Shown here: piece by piece, positions 1 through 19,090 of the stretch
How positions within the stretch are numbered: the first letter of the stretch is position 1
How the letters are laid out: every line of letters begins with the position of its first letter
NCBI GenBank assembly: GCA_009914755.4
Contig: CP068257.2
Span: forward strand, 25,024,001 to 25,088,000
Source: the human T2T-CHM13v2.0 reference genome, Homo sapiens
Reading direction: 5' to 3'
DNA: 64,000 bases
Program-made: the position numbers and the translations under genes
Notes under the pieces: generated by a model
Databases searched by the model: none
What the model was told of the DNA's origin: nothing
Seen by the model: the letters and a program-made list of their open reading frames with translations, nothing else

Positions 1-4065
<4,065 letters not shown>

Positions 4066-5568
4066 ATTTCTATTTTTATCTCACCAATAATTTTAAAGCC
4101 AGCTTGATTATTAAAGATTTACTTAAGTCATGTGAACTTGAAGAATACTTTGGACTTATTTACTTAATTTGTGAGACACATCATATAACATAATAAATAC
4201 ACATACACATAAACACATCTAAACATATATGCACACACAAAGATCCACTGGCTTTTACCTTGGAACTCTAGCTATAAGATAGCAATACAAACTCACCGGT
4301 CTACAAACATGTTCACATGGCTAAACTTTGTTTGCCCAAGTAGGTCATCCAGTGAAGGGCATGAACCAACATTTTGGGTAAAGTATTCTCCATGAAAGTT
4401 TGAGTTTTTAAAGGCAAAACCTCTTCAGATTCCAAAGGACAGCAGGGCCAAACAGCACCACAGAAGAACATCATGTATTGACCAGGCCTACTCCTGTTTA
4501 CATAAAAGACTGGATACATGACATTCCGTCCCACTTTCATTCAACAGCAAAATGAGACCTATGGAGAGGCCAAACTTCTCCAGATTCCAAAAATAATGAG
4601 GCCAAACAGTATTTCAAAAGAATACCAGTTTATCAAATTCTGGTTTTCCATGACTATACTAAAACACATACCTAAACAATCACCAAAACACAATCCCACT
4701 GCTGCAGCAGCAAACAAATCCCAAGAGTGTCCAAGCAGAAACAGGGTGCTTTGCTCTCTTCATTAGTTAGGCTTGTTCAATCTGCAAATGGAAATTCTTT
4801 CAGAATTCCCCAAATTGAGAAGAGAAGATACCATTGTCTGGTGCCCACAAAAGATATTCACCCATCTGGACACAGACGACAAATTTCAAAGGCTGTTTTT
4901 CCTAAGCAATCAGGAACACAGTTGGGGCCAGCAGCGGCAGGACCAGAGAGAGATCAAAACCCACCTCTGGCCACAAAATGGGGCAGGCAGCTGCTTAGGA
5001 GGGCTTTTGAAGCTCCCAGCCCATTTCAGCTGAGCCAGGAGCAACACGTTCATGGTCAGGGAGCCAAAATCCGTTACCAAAACACCAGAGGTTTTGTCTA
5101 GGTTATACTGCTCATTGCACAGAAAGCCAATCACTGAGACAATGAGTATTGCCAGGGAAGAAGGCTTTAATGGGGTGCTGCAGCCAAGGAGATGTGAGAT
5201 TAGTCTCAAATCCATCTTCCTGACTGATTAAAAACAGGGGTTTATACAGCAATGAAGAAATGTAATTGTGTATGGAACAGCAGGAATTACGGAGGGATAA
5301 AGAAAAGGAGTTGGTCAACAGGAATCAGGTGGTCAGTTAGGCAGTCATGACAGGTGAGGGGTCTGGTGTTTTACTCAGATGCGGTGATCTGGTAAGTTTT
5401 AGTTTTTTGATACTACCTAGGAGTTCTGATGGTTAATTTCCTGAGAAAGAAACTCAGGTAAAGCAAATGTAAGTTTCTCAAGTTTTAAGACTAGAAAGGT
5501 CAATTTCCATGTTTATTCAAATAAACTGTAAACATCAGTTTTATGGAACAATTGAACCAGATTCAGTA

Positions 5569-5685
5569 GGAGGATTGCTTGAGTCCAGGAATTCAAGTCT
5601 GCAATACGCTATGATCATGTCTGTAAATAGCCACTGCACTCCAGCCTGGGCAACATAGAGACCTCATCTCTTAAAATAAATAAAG
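5569..5685 (+). repeat. Alu fragment (right-arm-like, degraded)
   Basis: ggaggattgcttgagtccaggaattcaag ... ccactgcactccagcctgggcaacatagagacc followed by an A-rich tail. Confidence 0.5.
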
Positions 5686-7228
5686 TAACACTGCTGCTGA
5701 TTTGAATCAATCCCTTAGTGGAATGATAATGTTGAGCTTCTCAGAGATCAAAGCTAAAGGCTTTTTGTGTTCATTAACCTGTGATGTTTTCACAATCAAT
5801 AACTGGACAAACTTCTCTCCATCTAATGTCACATTAGTGAGTTTGACCTCAAATGGTAAGGATCTAATTAAAGCTGTATCTCCCTTTCTATAAATTGCTT
5901 AGTCTTTTTGAAGGCACAATAGACTATATTCAAAAATAGCTAAAGAACAGAGTTTAAAGGAGTAAATTAAGCTTATTTCTAAAGTGCTGTATTTTTTAGA
6001 TGATCATTATCTGCCCCCATACTTATTCACTAACTTTTCAGACTGTTGGTGTCCTTTACAACTTAAGACACTCCCATATACCTCAGACTTCTCCCCTTAA
6101 AATAATGAGATTTCAAGTTTCAGCAGAAAAATGATATTGTGGGACAGTAATTTTACTACCTGCTGTGACTTTATCTGAAATGTACTGGTATAATTATAGT
6201 AAAGCAGACATTTATTTATATTTGTGTTTTAAGTTATAACATTACAAACGACCTATTTATAATTTTGCAAAACAATAAAAAAATCTACTTAATTAGTTTC
6301 TTTTAGGTTCTAACAGACATATGTTCAGAAAAGAGCAATGGCATCCAGCTGATTTTATTTATAATTAATGTCTTTGGAGAGGTGCCATTTCTTTAAGAAA
6401 ACAGTTTATTAATTTTGTTAGAAACTATTGATTGCTTTTGTGAGCAATTGGCTTATCTTTATTTTATTGTTACTGTGATCCATGTAACTAATGACCAAGT
6501 TACTTAATCCACACTGATATGACCATGTTTCTTACTTTCTTGAGTAGAAATCTCAGATCTTAATGAATGTCTCATCTTTAATCAGTGGAAAAGTCCCATA
6601 CCAAGTATTTTGTCCATTAACCTCAAGCATGGCTTCACTTTTTTCCCCCAAATTTATTTTTTCTTTCACTTTATATATTAAATGTTTATAATCTCTTTGT
6701 GTTGTGTCTATTTTTGTAAGGCAACTGAAATCCTTTTTGAAGCAGACTGGGGTATAAATAAATGATACAGATAAAAAATAGGTAGTTGAATAGATGGATC
6801 ATAAGTAGGTAATTTAGAATCTAGTCTATATTAAACAGCACAACTAAAAAGAACTGTGGTGCAGTTCTTTGAAAGGCCATTCCCATCTCTCTTCTGTACA
6901 TAACAGCAGAACTGATGCTTGATTCCCATTCCCCTCTTAATTGGTCTCGAAATTTTGGAAAAGTCATTACATTTCTCTTGGCTTCAGTGTTCTTATTTGT
7001 CAATGCGGGAGTGATTGAATGATATTTGAAATCCATTCCAACTTTAATAACATTTGGGGATGAAAAATTTCACCAGTCAAAGCTTGTAGAGAGTTTCTAT
7101 GCAGAAGCATGCCATTAATAATCACTACCATGTAAAAATTACTGCTACTTTCTTATTGCAAATTAAGTTTGTTACTTTATTTAAAGTTTTATTTTATTTT
7201 TTAATTAATTAATTATTATTATTATTTA

Positions 7229-7346
7229 CAGAAACAGGGTGTCACTAAGTTGGCCAGGCTGGCCTCAAACTCCTGAACTCAAGTGATCTGCCCACCTTGG
7301 CCTCCCAATATGCTGGGACTACAGGAGTGCATGACTACACCTGGCC
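7229..7346 (-). repeat. Alu left-monomer fragment (FLAM-like)
   Basis: gagacagggtgtcactaagttggccaggctggcctcaaactcctgaactcaagtgatctgcccaccttggcctcccaatatgctgggactacagg... is the reverse complement of the Alu 5' monomer. Confidence 0.6.
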
Positions 7347-7384
7347 TTCTTTTTAAATTTAGTTTAATTTTATCGTATTAATTT

Positions 7385-7917
<533 letters not shown>

Positions 7918-8760
7918 CCCCAGGTAGGAGGAGGTTGGTCATAGATCAGTGATGATATCCAACAGAAATGACAGGAAAAACCTTAGAAGTAGCAAATTAT
8001 TCCCAAAGATTGCTTTTTAAGGAAAGTTTGGTTGTTCTTCTATAATAGAAGCAATCCATCTTTAAGATACAAATGCTTATTTTAATGTAAATTTTTATAT
8101 TTAGAGTTTTCTTAATATTTGGTGTTGTCTTCTCCTTTTTATAGAATTTGAAATTTCAAGACCAAGAAATGTACAGATGCCAGCAGGTGCCATTATCTAA
8201 AATATGTTCCCATCTATAAATTCTTACTCCAAAGCTTCCAATGCCACTTTAGGATAGGAAGGTAGTAGATAGGTTTTGTTTTAAGCAGCCAGTGCCCTCA
8301 TGTCTCAGTTGTGAGTGGTGGGTACTAACAGCTCACAGACTCACCCTTCTGAGAATTCACCTAGGTTGATAGGAGCCACCTCACTATCTGGGGCACAGTC
8401 TGGAATGATAGGCCCTCTCCCAGGGGGCAGCAGCTGGCAAAGATCAACAGATACCAGGGATGAAAAAGGCCAGCCTCGTTGCCTTAAAAAGGAATAAGTC
8501 ATTCATGCCCCAGAGCTCCTCACGGGCTCAGGGTGGGGCTAGACTTCAAATGAACCATCTTCTCCACTGCCGTGCCTGGGTGCCTGCAAACTACATTTCC
8601 CATATTACCCTGCTAGCTGTATCCCTGTTAAATTCAGCCAATGGGAGGCACTGGGGACAAGTTAGAGGGAAGATAAATGAAGGAACATTTAGTTATTGAC
8701 TCCAACGGTTGTTATCAGTGATGAATCCATATGGGTCTGCAGCAAATTCTGCAGCAAACA

Positions 8761-9000
<240 letters not shown>

Positions 9001-12000
9001 TTAAAATGTGTTAGGGTGTTTGCTTCACTGACAGAAAAAGAACATTCCTCAACATATCAAGAAATTCCTCAACATATCAAGAGTTTGCTTCTATGTTTTT
9101 CACTGCACTCACTGTCTGCCATGTTATATATGTTCTGCCCTTTCTGCTACATTTAAAAATATGTGCATATTTAGATATTGCTAAGCATGATTAGTATTTA
9201 TGTGGTCACTGGCAGTAAACCAAGATAAAACATTATAAAACAAGTGTCAATAAATTTTCCCTCCTTCTTTGCATTTTATTTTGATGTAAAATTTCTGGTT
9301 ACATAAAAGTTATGGTAATCAGCCATATTTGTTGGATTTAGGTAGATAGCTCATAACAGCTCTCCACAGTCCCACTGCCTCTGAATGGATGACCTCATTC
9401 TCAACATGGAATACCGGAAAAAAGTTATCAAATCCTAAAGTTTGTGTGGAAAACCACTCCAAAAAACTGAGAAAATAGAATTCTTACCTATGTGGACACC
9501 ACTTCAAAATCTCATGTGGATTTTCCAATTTAGTAGGTATACCTGTCAAAAAAACCCATCACTGACTTTGGAAATCAAGGCTGCTGGCCTCGCTCTGGTT
9601 ATGAGACTAGAAAGATGCATGTTTTTGTGTGATATGTATTCGGGAACTAGACTGGTGAAGTCTATATGCCGTGTAGTAGCTACCGGCATCCCTCATCCTC
9701 CTTAAGTACAACAAACCTCCATTTTAGACCCAACCTAATGTACTCAAGGTAGCAGTGGTCAAGCCTTCAGCTGACTCCAACTAGAAAACACTCAGGAATT
9801 ACTGACCTCATGAATTTGCACACCTCCTGCAACTTCCATTTGTGAGACCCAAATACCCTGCAAGCTTGGCTATCATACGGTATCATTGATTTCATTGTTT
9901 TGCCGTTGTAGTGCCCCTGTTTGCCAGCAAATGTCATAGGAACATTCACACTGTAAAAGCTGGGCAATGGAATGATAATGGAATATTATTTCCCTAAGTC
10001 ACAGAATGGCTAAAGTATGAAGTGTTCCACACAAGCAAGTACTAGAGAGCATTTTGTTGGAGGATTACCAGGGTGAGTGTACTGCTATCCAAATACTCAA
10101 GCCTGTTTTTGCTTAAATCTCTAAGGAATATAGTTTTCCTTCCTCAGCCTACAAGAAGGCACAGACAACTTTATTGTATCTATCTATTAAAAGAGGCATA
10201 AATGAAAGCAGGATCAAGCAGTTTAAAAACCACCGCAATGAGAACATAAAAGTGTAGAGGACTCATTCAACCTTAAATCGCAAAACCTTCATACTTTAGA
10301 ACATTGATGATATGGCTGAGCATATCCTCCCTTAGGGGAGAAAAGCCCAGCGAAGCTCATGTCAGGGTAAAAATCATATTTTTTTACTTAGTTCTCATAA
10401 GCATATTTGATTGATAATTTAAATTAATGAGGCAGTGGGAAAACTTCACTTGGCATTGCAAATGGAGCACAGAAACACATGATTCAGTAGGAAAATAGAT
10501 TTAATAGCTGTGAACATAAACCATATTGCTATAAAGATCAAAATAGTGTTTTCTTCTTCTACAGCAAACAAAATAAAACTAACAGTAAAGGCATTCTTTT
10601 GATATACCTAGATTATACCATAAATAGGACAAAACTTTGGCAATAAATACTATTTTTCAAAAAGTCATCCTTGACACTGACCTGGAAAGTAAAAAAGGTA
10701 ATATTACTTATACAGATACTTAATTTGCACACAAGGAGAACTTTAGTCCTGTGACTTTTTAAATTGACAGTGTGTATTATATTAAAATAATATGAAACTT
10801 AGAAAACACATTGAAATTTGTTTAGGCTCATTTGTATTAACCATTTTGTTGAGTGTTTCTGAACTTTTCCCGTTGAGTATGCTAAAGTATTTGAAACATA
10901 GAAGGTTGGTTTGACATGAAAGAAAACTATAATCTATATAACTTAAATAATTAGCATATTTTGTGCAGGGAAAGTTATCTTCAATATTCTTCACATAGGC
11001 AAAATTGACAATAATTAGAAACATCATTTAAAGATCATCTTAGTAACCTGAAATGTGAAAAAGGTTTTCTCAAATTAGGCCAAAATTTAAGCTGCTTTAA
11101 AACTCTTTTCCTTCCATAATATAAAATTACACATCCAATTTAATTAAATAAAAAGAAATAAAAATGAGCTAGATTCTGCTTTGGTAATCTTAAGTCAGCC
11201 AGTTGTGCATAACCCATCTTAGAAATTCTATCAGCACACGTATTTGATCAGGGTCTCCTGAAAAGAAGACTGATGTAACTAAGACAGTGAAAGAGTGAAA
11301 TGCAAAGAAAGGTGAAATATAAGCATCCTGTCTGGTTTTGAAAAGTAAATTAATATTTCTACTAGAACTTAGACATTGTTTCTATTATAAGCACCTGAAA
11401 ATTTTCCAGTAATTGTCCAAATATCAGGTAAATAGAACTCATCCATTAACATAAGGCAGTTTATAGTGTCCCAGGAGATATCGACTAGTAATAAAAGACA
11501 AGTTTATTAACCATACAAAGCTGGAATAGATTATCCTCAACTATACCTTATTTTAATTAGTGTGGATCAACTACTTGTTATATGTTTTTACCTTTAGTAA
11601 TTACTAACCGTAATCTTCTGAATCATAGGACAGTAAACACTAAATTTCTTGCTTTATTTCCACCATTTCCTAACTTGCGGGAAAAATTGTGCTGTGTATC
11701 TCAGTACTAATCCTTTAAAAGGCAAGAGCTTTGATTCGCTAATTGATTCTCTCTCTCTCTCTCTAGCTTGCCTCTCTGTTCTTTACTTTAGGTTTAGTGT
11801 TTGCCTTTTTTTTTTCTTCTCAATAGCCAAATTGTATTTCTCAATTTCTGCCTCAATAATTTTGGCTTCAGTTCAGATATACAGAGGATTTGGTAAGTTT
11901 TTTGCTTTGAGCCATGGTTCTTCCTTTTGCTTTAACACTCAACCACACCTACAAAGAGAACACCATTGTTCCCTGCATTATGATTTAGAAATGGCAAACA

Positions 12001-12002
12001 TT

Positions 12003-12304
12003 GGCTGGCGCAGTGGCTCACGCCAGTAATCCTAGCAATTTGGGAGGCTGAGGCAGGAGGATCACCTGAGGTCAGGAGTTCGAGACCAGCCTGGCCAACA
12101 TGGTGAAACCCCGTCTGTACTAAAAATACTAGCTGGGCGTGGTGGTGCACACCTGTAGTCCCAGCTACTCGGGAGCCTGAGGCAAGAGAATCGCATGAAC
12201 TCGAGAGACAGAGGTTGCAGTGGGCCGAGATGGCACCACTGCACTCCAGCCTGGGTGACAGAGCTAGCCTCCATCTCGAAAGAAAGAAAGAAAGGAAAGA
12301 AAGG
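12003..12304 (+). mobile_element. Alu SINE, full length with a (GAAA)n-modified tail
   Basis: ggctggcgcagtggctcacgccagtaatcctagcaatttgggaggctgaggcaggaggatcacctgaggtcaggagttcgagaccagcctggccaacatggtgaaaccccgtctgtac... ending in gaaagaaagaaagaaagg. ORFs 11932-12312 and 12062-12349 are Alu-derived. Confidence 0.9.
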
Positions 12305-15300
12305 GCAAACATTACCCTCTTTAAGCCACTTCAGGTAACTTGATTTCATGCAGAGTCACATCCAGATTTTTATCTTCCCTGCAGTCTTTCATGTTCCTTT
12401 AAGTGAAATGTGTCTTTGTTTTGTTCTCTTTCTCATTCCCTCCTTAATTTCTGCTTTCATGTTCAAAATAGATTTTATTATCTGTTATTATCTGTTCCCA
12501 GTAAGACTCAGCTCAAACTCTATCAACTATTAGAAAACTATGCAAATAGATTAAGAAAAGCTTTTATTGTTGCCCTCAAAGGGATGGCAATCTAATCTTT
12601 CCAAATATGGAACAACATACAGGCAACTATCAAAAAGGCATGAGAAAGAAAAGAAACTTTTTATCTGAGGAATGTCAGCCCCTGCCCCACAGGCATCCCA
12701 CCTAAGGTAGGTAATCATCTAGAAGCCACCTGCTGTATAGACTCTAGACTCAGTATCACCATCAGTAGCTATAAATTAACCTAAAACTGCCATACGCTGG
12801 ACACAATAACTCATAGTTCCACAGTACATAGCCAATCACTAATCAATGTTATCTCTGTAAACCAACAAGAATTCCTGAGAAACAGATTTTGTAATTGCCT
12901 CCCTACTGATTCGTCCTTTTTTCTTTAAGAACTCAAGACTCTGTTTTGTTCATGGGAGTACTTCCCAAGATAACTTAAAAGTGCTTCCTGAGCTGCAGTC
13001 CTCAGCCCTAGCCCAAATAAACTCTTTACCTTTACCTATATTTATTTTGTCTCAGTTTCTTACTTTGGGTCAATGGTCACATTAACTTTGTGTATGGCAT
13101 GAGCAATGGTGTAGGGAAGCAAATGTGAACCTAGCTCGAGGTGTTGTGTTACTCCCCGAACTCTGTGGCCCTGAGTAACTTAAAGACTTCTATACATTTA
13201 AGCTAATCCATACATAGCACTGAAGGTAGTTTTGAGAATTGATTTACATAAGGCTTCTGAAAGTAATTTATAAACTATAAAAACTACACAAATGCTTATT
13301 TTATCATTTGCTTTGTTTCTTTAAATTGTGCGCACAACACAGCAGGGAGCTTCTTCTGTTAGCTCTTTAATAGCCCCTAGCAAATTTACAGGCAGAATTC
13401 AATAAATTTTCAGTCATGGAAGTTAGCAGATGTTAAAGAAAATCATTTGAATCATTCCTCTAGTTACAAAAATACACATTCCAGTGTGTTTAGCTATCTG
13501 TAAAATTACAGTAGCAGTGGTTATGAAATAGCAAAGAATGACTTTATTCATCTGTGTTTAGAATATAAAGGCTGAGAAGGCGTATTAGGGGTAGCAGAGC
13601 AGTATTGAATGTAAATGCGCAGCAAGAGGGAGAAACGATGATGTTGTCATACTCTTCTGGCCTCATTACTCTGAAGGAACTTTCTTTTCCTTAATGCATC
13701 TATGCAACTCCCTGAATGTTAATGAAAGTGGCATGTGCCCAATGAGGAGAAAAGAGATCTAAGATTAAAAACCAACCCCAATGATGCACGTTTCATAAGC
13801 TGATCTTACTGTTCCATGCACTACTTCTTTAAAATTCTGTTTTTTTTTTTTTAAGGCACATTAGCAGTGTCTATTTGATGCCTAGAAAAATTTCAAATGG
13901 AAGAAAAGATTTGTTTGAAAAAGTAAGGGGTGAACAGTTTCCACTGCAAACAAAAACTTCTGGTCTTAGAACTGTTTTTGAAGATACATAATTTTGATAG
14001 TTTTTACAGAAAGGTAGGGGTGTAACTTAACAGTTGTTTGTCCAAGACATTGTCACGTGCACCAAGCATTTTGCTCCTCCATGTCCAATCACTATTTTTT
14101 GTTGATGTTGTTGTTGCATTCTTATGGTTGGAGAGTGGATCAAGTGTATCTGGTTGCAGTTTCAGTTAATTTTAAGATCATTTGTATGTCCTTCCATTGT
14201 CATTTGGAATCTTTTTACCACTTGGAAAATTGCACTCAATATGTCGTTGTCCAATATCAAGGCCAAGAGCCCTACTCCCACATTTTAAAATATTGTAATA
14301 ATCTATCACATTTGGAAAGGTTATAATAGAGAACCATCATTGGATCTCTTCTCAACAATTCTGCATATCTTTAGGACATCTTTTCTTATATGCTACCCAG
14401 AATGTGGCTGGACTTCACTTTAAAGTTGTCTTGAATTAAGCAAAATTAGGAAAGTGAATACCATATATGGGAATCAATTATCAAATATTATGTTATCTAC
14501 TCTATTTGATAAATTACATCACTGTCCCTTCAATTACAATAGATACCTGACAAATAAGCGTCACCATGCTTATACCAAAATGTGAATTTTTTAAAAAAGA
14601 TTAATGCTAGCTTCCATGAATTCATTATTATTTAAAACACTCTTTATTAAAGTATAATCTTATACTATGTACATCGGAATTACCTGGATGCTTTAAAAAT
14701 GTTTCCCGGTCACCAGTTCTGGAATTCTATTAAGTAGACAAAAGGGGTGTGTAGATATTACTGCATTATTTTCCGTGAAGCGTGAAACTCATAAGTAGCC
14801 ATAAAAAGAAATAAACATTCATGGAATATATGACCATCGCTGAGAACCAAAACTTGTTAATTTATTAATTTGTAATTTATGTGTGTATTACAAAGGACAC
14901 CGTGATAGAATATGGTTTGCAAAATATATAGTACATATTAAATTTTTAATAGTTACCTAAGCAATTTCTCCAACTGAAGTATTTTGAGAAAACAAATAGT
15001 TTAGTATCAAGTTTAAAATAATTAGTTCTTCATTTGAAGTAAATTTTGTAATGATAGCTTACTATCGGCTCCTGAATACACTTTAGACAATAATTCTGCT
15101 AATATAATATTAATTATTTTTCTAGCAGGATATGTTCTTCCAACTCCATGTTGTTTTTGTCATCCAGAGTCTTGGAATTCTACTCTTACAGAAAATAGAT
15201 AACCATTTTATTTATCTTCTTGGTGTTGAATCTTCCAATGCTTTCATCACTTAAATCAAACAGTCATAACGTCTTTGATTTTATTGTTTTTAGCAGCTGT

Positions 15301-15514
15301 AATTGTATTTTACTCTCAGAAACATGCTCCAAAGCATTGCTTGGTCATTTTAATAAGAAGTTAAAGTGCTACTAATGTAGATGTCTGTGACTTCAAAACA
15401 AATGGCAGAAAATAAAATAACTTTAATTTTTATTACTTCAAGTTGTATTTTTTTTTTTTTGCTTTGTTTTCAGTCCTCACAATAAAAACAAAAAGTGGGA
15501 GGAAGAGATCTTAG

Positions 15515-15815
<301 letters not shown>

Positions 15816-17704
15816 GGAAGATAATTTTTTAAAAAGTTTATTCGGAGTACATGTTCTATGTTTCCTGCAGGCCCTGTGACTCATCCTTTATAGCATCTAG
15901 TCAAGCTGATCAGCTTCTAAGAACAGATGGAAATGAAGCCCTTCCTCACTATAATGCAGCCATTAGATGATTATCCAGTCCATTCAGTTCTAAGTGCAAA
16001 TTCACTATCATTTTATTTCTAATCTATCTACCTTTAACTGATGTGGCGAGCAATTTGACTTTACTTGGCTTACTATTGTGTTTCTGTTAGAAAGTAATGT
16101 GATGCACATACCTAATATGAAACTTTTACAACAGAGAAAGAGATTTTAATTTAAAATAGCTTTCTTACTAGAGCTTGGACCAAGTTCATTTTCAGAAGTT
16201 ATTAACAAGATGATACAGGTATCAACATAAAAGTGCAAGGGTAGTTGGTCATTTGATTTTGCATTCAGATCATATATTTTATTTTCATTGTAAAATATTT
16301 GAACTACTCAGGATCCAGTTTATGAGGGCTCTTTTGTGTGACTGTTACAAGTAGAAACCCATAATAATATAACCAAGGATGTGAAATTGCTTTATGCTAA
16401 TATTTTAACCTGTGGGAGTGTACTTTCTCCTACTCTTTTTTTGAAATGTACAGCCTCATAGAGATGCATAATTTTTACCTACTCATTCTTAGTAGCAGAA
16501 AATGAGATTATCAGTATAGTAAGAAGCTTTTAGTAAATTAAGGAATTAAAAGGATAGTAGTCTCTTTATCAAATACCAGGATTATGACTACTCCTACCTC
16601 CTCTTCCAATTTTTTTTTCCGTTGAGGTTTTATAAGTGATTTGCTTCACAGTACAGATGTTTTTATAGATCAGCACCTGCAAATTTATGCTCATTTGAGT
16701 CTATATTTATGTGACAGCTGTCAGTCTGAAATCAAAGCTTTGTGAATCATACATTGAGATAAGCTCAATTAACTACATCAAGAAAGTTTGATAGCAAAAG
16801 TGGTCCAGAAACATTTCATCATGAAGATTGCAGAAGTCATTGAGTCCCTAGACACAATCCTTGCATCTAAAGTAACAGTTATCAGTTTTAACACAAAAAG
16901 TAATAGATGTAGAAGTTACTTGAAATAAAAGGCTAAAATACAACCTTTGTCCTAAATGCTTTTGTAAACTGATCAAGGACTCAAAGCCCACATGCCACAT
17001 CCATTTGTCACACAGTTATTGAAAAGGAGTCAGTGTTGACTGGTGCACTTGGAGAAGTCTTTTTGCAAGAGTAGAGTGAATAGTGAGTACTGACTGATCA
17101 AGAGGAGGCAAATACATGGAGGAAAAAGAGAAAGATCATTTTAGACTGTAAATTCCCTGAAGGTAGAAAATATATCTCTTCATATTATCTGTCAAGCATC
17201 TACCACACAGGTTGGCTGAATTATTTTGAAGAAAGTTTGGGATAGCGCAGGAAGAAAAATTATGAAGTGTGCAGGAAGTGGCAAAAATTGACCTATGTTG
17301 AGTGGAGGGTATATTCTGGAATGATTAATGTGGATGCAGAGGGAAGATCATGACATTGGCTGTATTATAAAAGCTGAAACAGCAGTAAAGAGTAATTATA
17401 AGAGATGATGGGTGAAGTAGTGATTACTGGGTGTCTTTTCAGTGAAATGATGAGTTTATCTGGTTGTATAGAAAGGCGCACCTTAGATTGTTTTTCTGTT
17501 GACTGAGCTATATTGCAGCTGAGTAGAGGTAGAAGTTAGGTTGTAGAAAATTTGTGACTATGCAAATAAATTTTGATTGTTTGAGAAAAAATTGGTTCCT
17601 TCTCTGTAGAAAAGATGAGCCCAAAGTTTACATTTTATTGTATTATATGACATTAACCAGTTTTGCATTTACTAGCAACTGCAGTTCAGCATTCCTGATT
17701 TTAT

Positions 17705-17755
17705 ATACACAGCACACACACATATACCCATACATATACATTTATATGTATATAT
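17705..17755. repeat. Imperfect (CA)n/(TA)n microsatellite
   Basis: cacacacacatatacccatacatatacatttatatgtatatat. Confidence 0.5.
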
Positions 17756-18944
17756 TCTGTTCTCTCTTGAACTGCTTTTAACATCTTACTGATTGTCTCA
17801 GCCATTAATTCCCTCACTTTAATCCTTGTTCATTTCATATTTGAACAAGAATCATAATTTTGCCTTTTTGAAAATTTAACATTAGCAGCAGGATAGATTG
17901 TCTGGGGAAGAAGTTTGTAAGTCTAGAGATCAATCAAGACTGTTTTAAGGAATTCTATCCCTCAGTACTCAAAGTAGGAAGTTGAGGTCCTACATTTGGG
18001 TAACCAGCATATTTTGGAAAATAATGGAAAACCTGAGACGTTTTGAAAGCAAAACCAGAACAGAATTTTTTTTGGGTGTATATATAGACAAGTCAGAGGT
18101 AAAGTTGTAGCTCGTAAGCCACTCGAGGGAAAGCAAAGATCTGGGCCACCCTTGATCTTTTTTCTAAGACATGATCTAATATTTTATGAAATGTATCCCC
18201 AGGAGGCTTAGGTGACTTGCTTCATTCTCTCCTCTGGGAGTGTTCCTTGCATCATATTGTGCCAGGGAGTTGCTGCCAGGTCTTAGAAGTTGCTTGGATA
18301 GTTTACAAATGGGGAAGTACATATTGATAAAGCTGGAAAAAACCTTGGGGAAAAAAAAACAAGTGAAAATACCTCAGCAACAACATACTGTTAAAAATTT
18401 CTATTTACCTCTTGTCAACAAATACATCTTTAAATACACAAACATTTTTAAACATTTAAATACAAATACTTTTAAACATATTACTGTGATGGGAAGAATG
18501 TAAGCAACCTGTGTTCAATGAAAATAAAAAGTGATGTAATTTATGACATTCATTCAATGGAGTATTATTTATTCATGAAAAAGTATGCTTGTGAAATTGG
18601 TATTTTAACAGTCATTTATGGTATGATTTATATGGCAGATTACTAAATTGCAAATAAAATTTGACTTCAACTAAGTAAAACAGACAAACAAAAATATGTA
18701 TCTGCTGATTGAGACTCCAATGTTGGCCCCAGAAATTTGTATTTATGAATTTCTTTCAGATAATTCTGTTCAGCAACAAGATTTGGGGATCATTATTCAA
18801 ATTCAACAGATTCTGATTCACAATAATTTATTTAGCAATCTGCTGTCTTCCTGCCTACTGATACATTTATCATTTCAGAAGAGAGAGCAACTTGCATGAT
18901 TTTAATAGGGTAAATTTTTGGGAAATTTTGATTTCTTAGAAATT

Positions 18945-19090
18945 TATTCAGTAAATATGATCGAGCATCTACTATGTGTGAGACATGATCACAGAGGCAC
19001 TGAGGATACATCAACAAACTCCAAACTTGGTAAACATAATAAGTAATATTCACCCTTTATTTAAACTGAGTCACTAGAATGTAAATTACT
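18945..19090 (-). repeat. MIR (mammalian-wide SINE) fragment
   Basis: atttattcagtaaatatgatcgagcatctactatgtgtgagacatg is close to the reverse complement of the MIR 3' core (aaatatttattgagcacctactatgtgccaggc). Confidence 0.35.

Noticed and set aside
9046-9084. Short direct duplications: attcctcaacatatcaaga x2 at 9046-9084, and tgataaaagaaaagcacagtaggta x2 at 28568-28622
   Set aside because: These are real but trivial slippage duplications of 20-27 bp with no further structure. They are noted only for completeness.
11932-12349. ORFs of 95-136 aa at 11932-12349, 24145-24555, 43347-43739, 55087-55405 and 61818-62184 containing [16 protein letters not shown] / [18 protein letters not shown]-type peptides
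   Set aside because: These are the well-known spurious reading frames of Alu elements, sense and antisense. Each coincides exactly with an annotated Alu.
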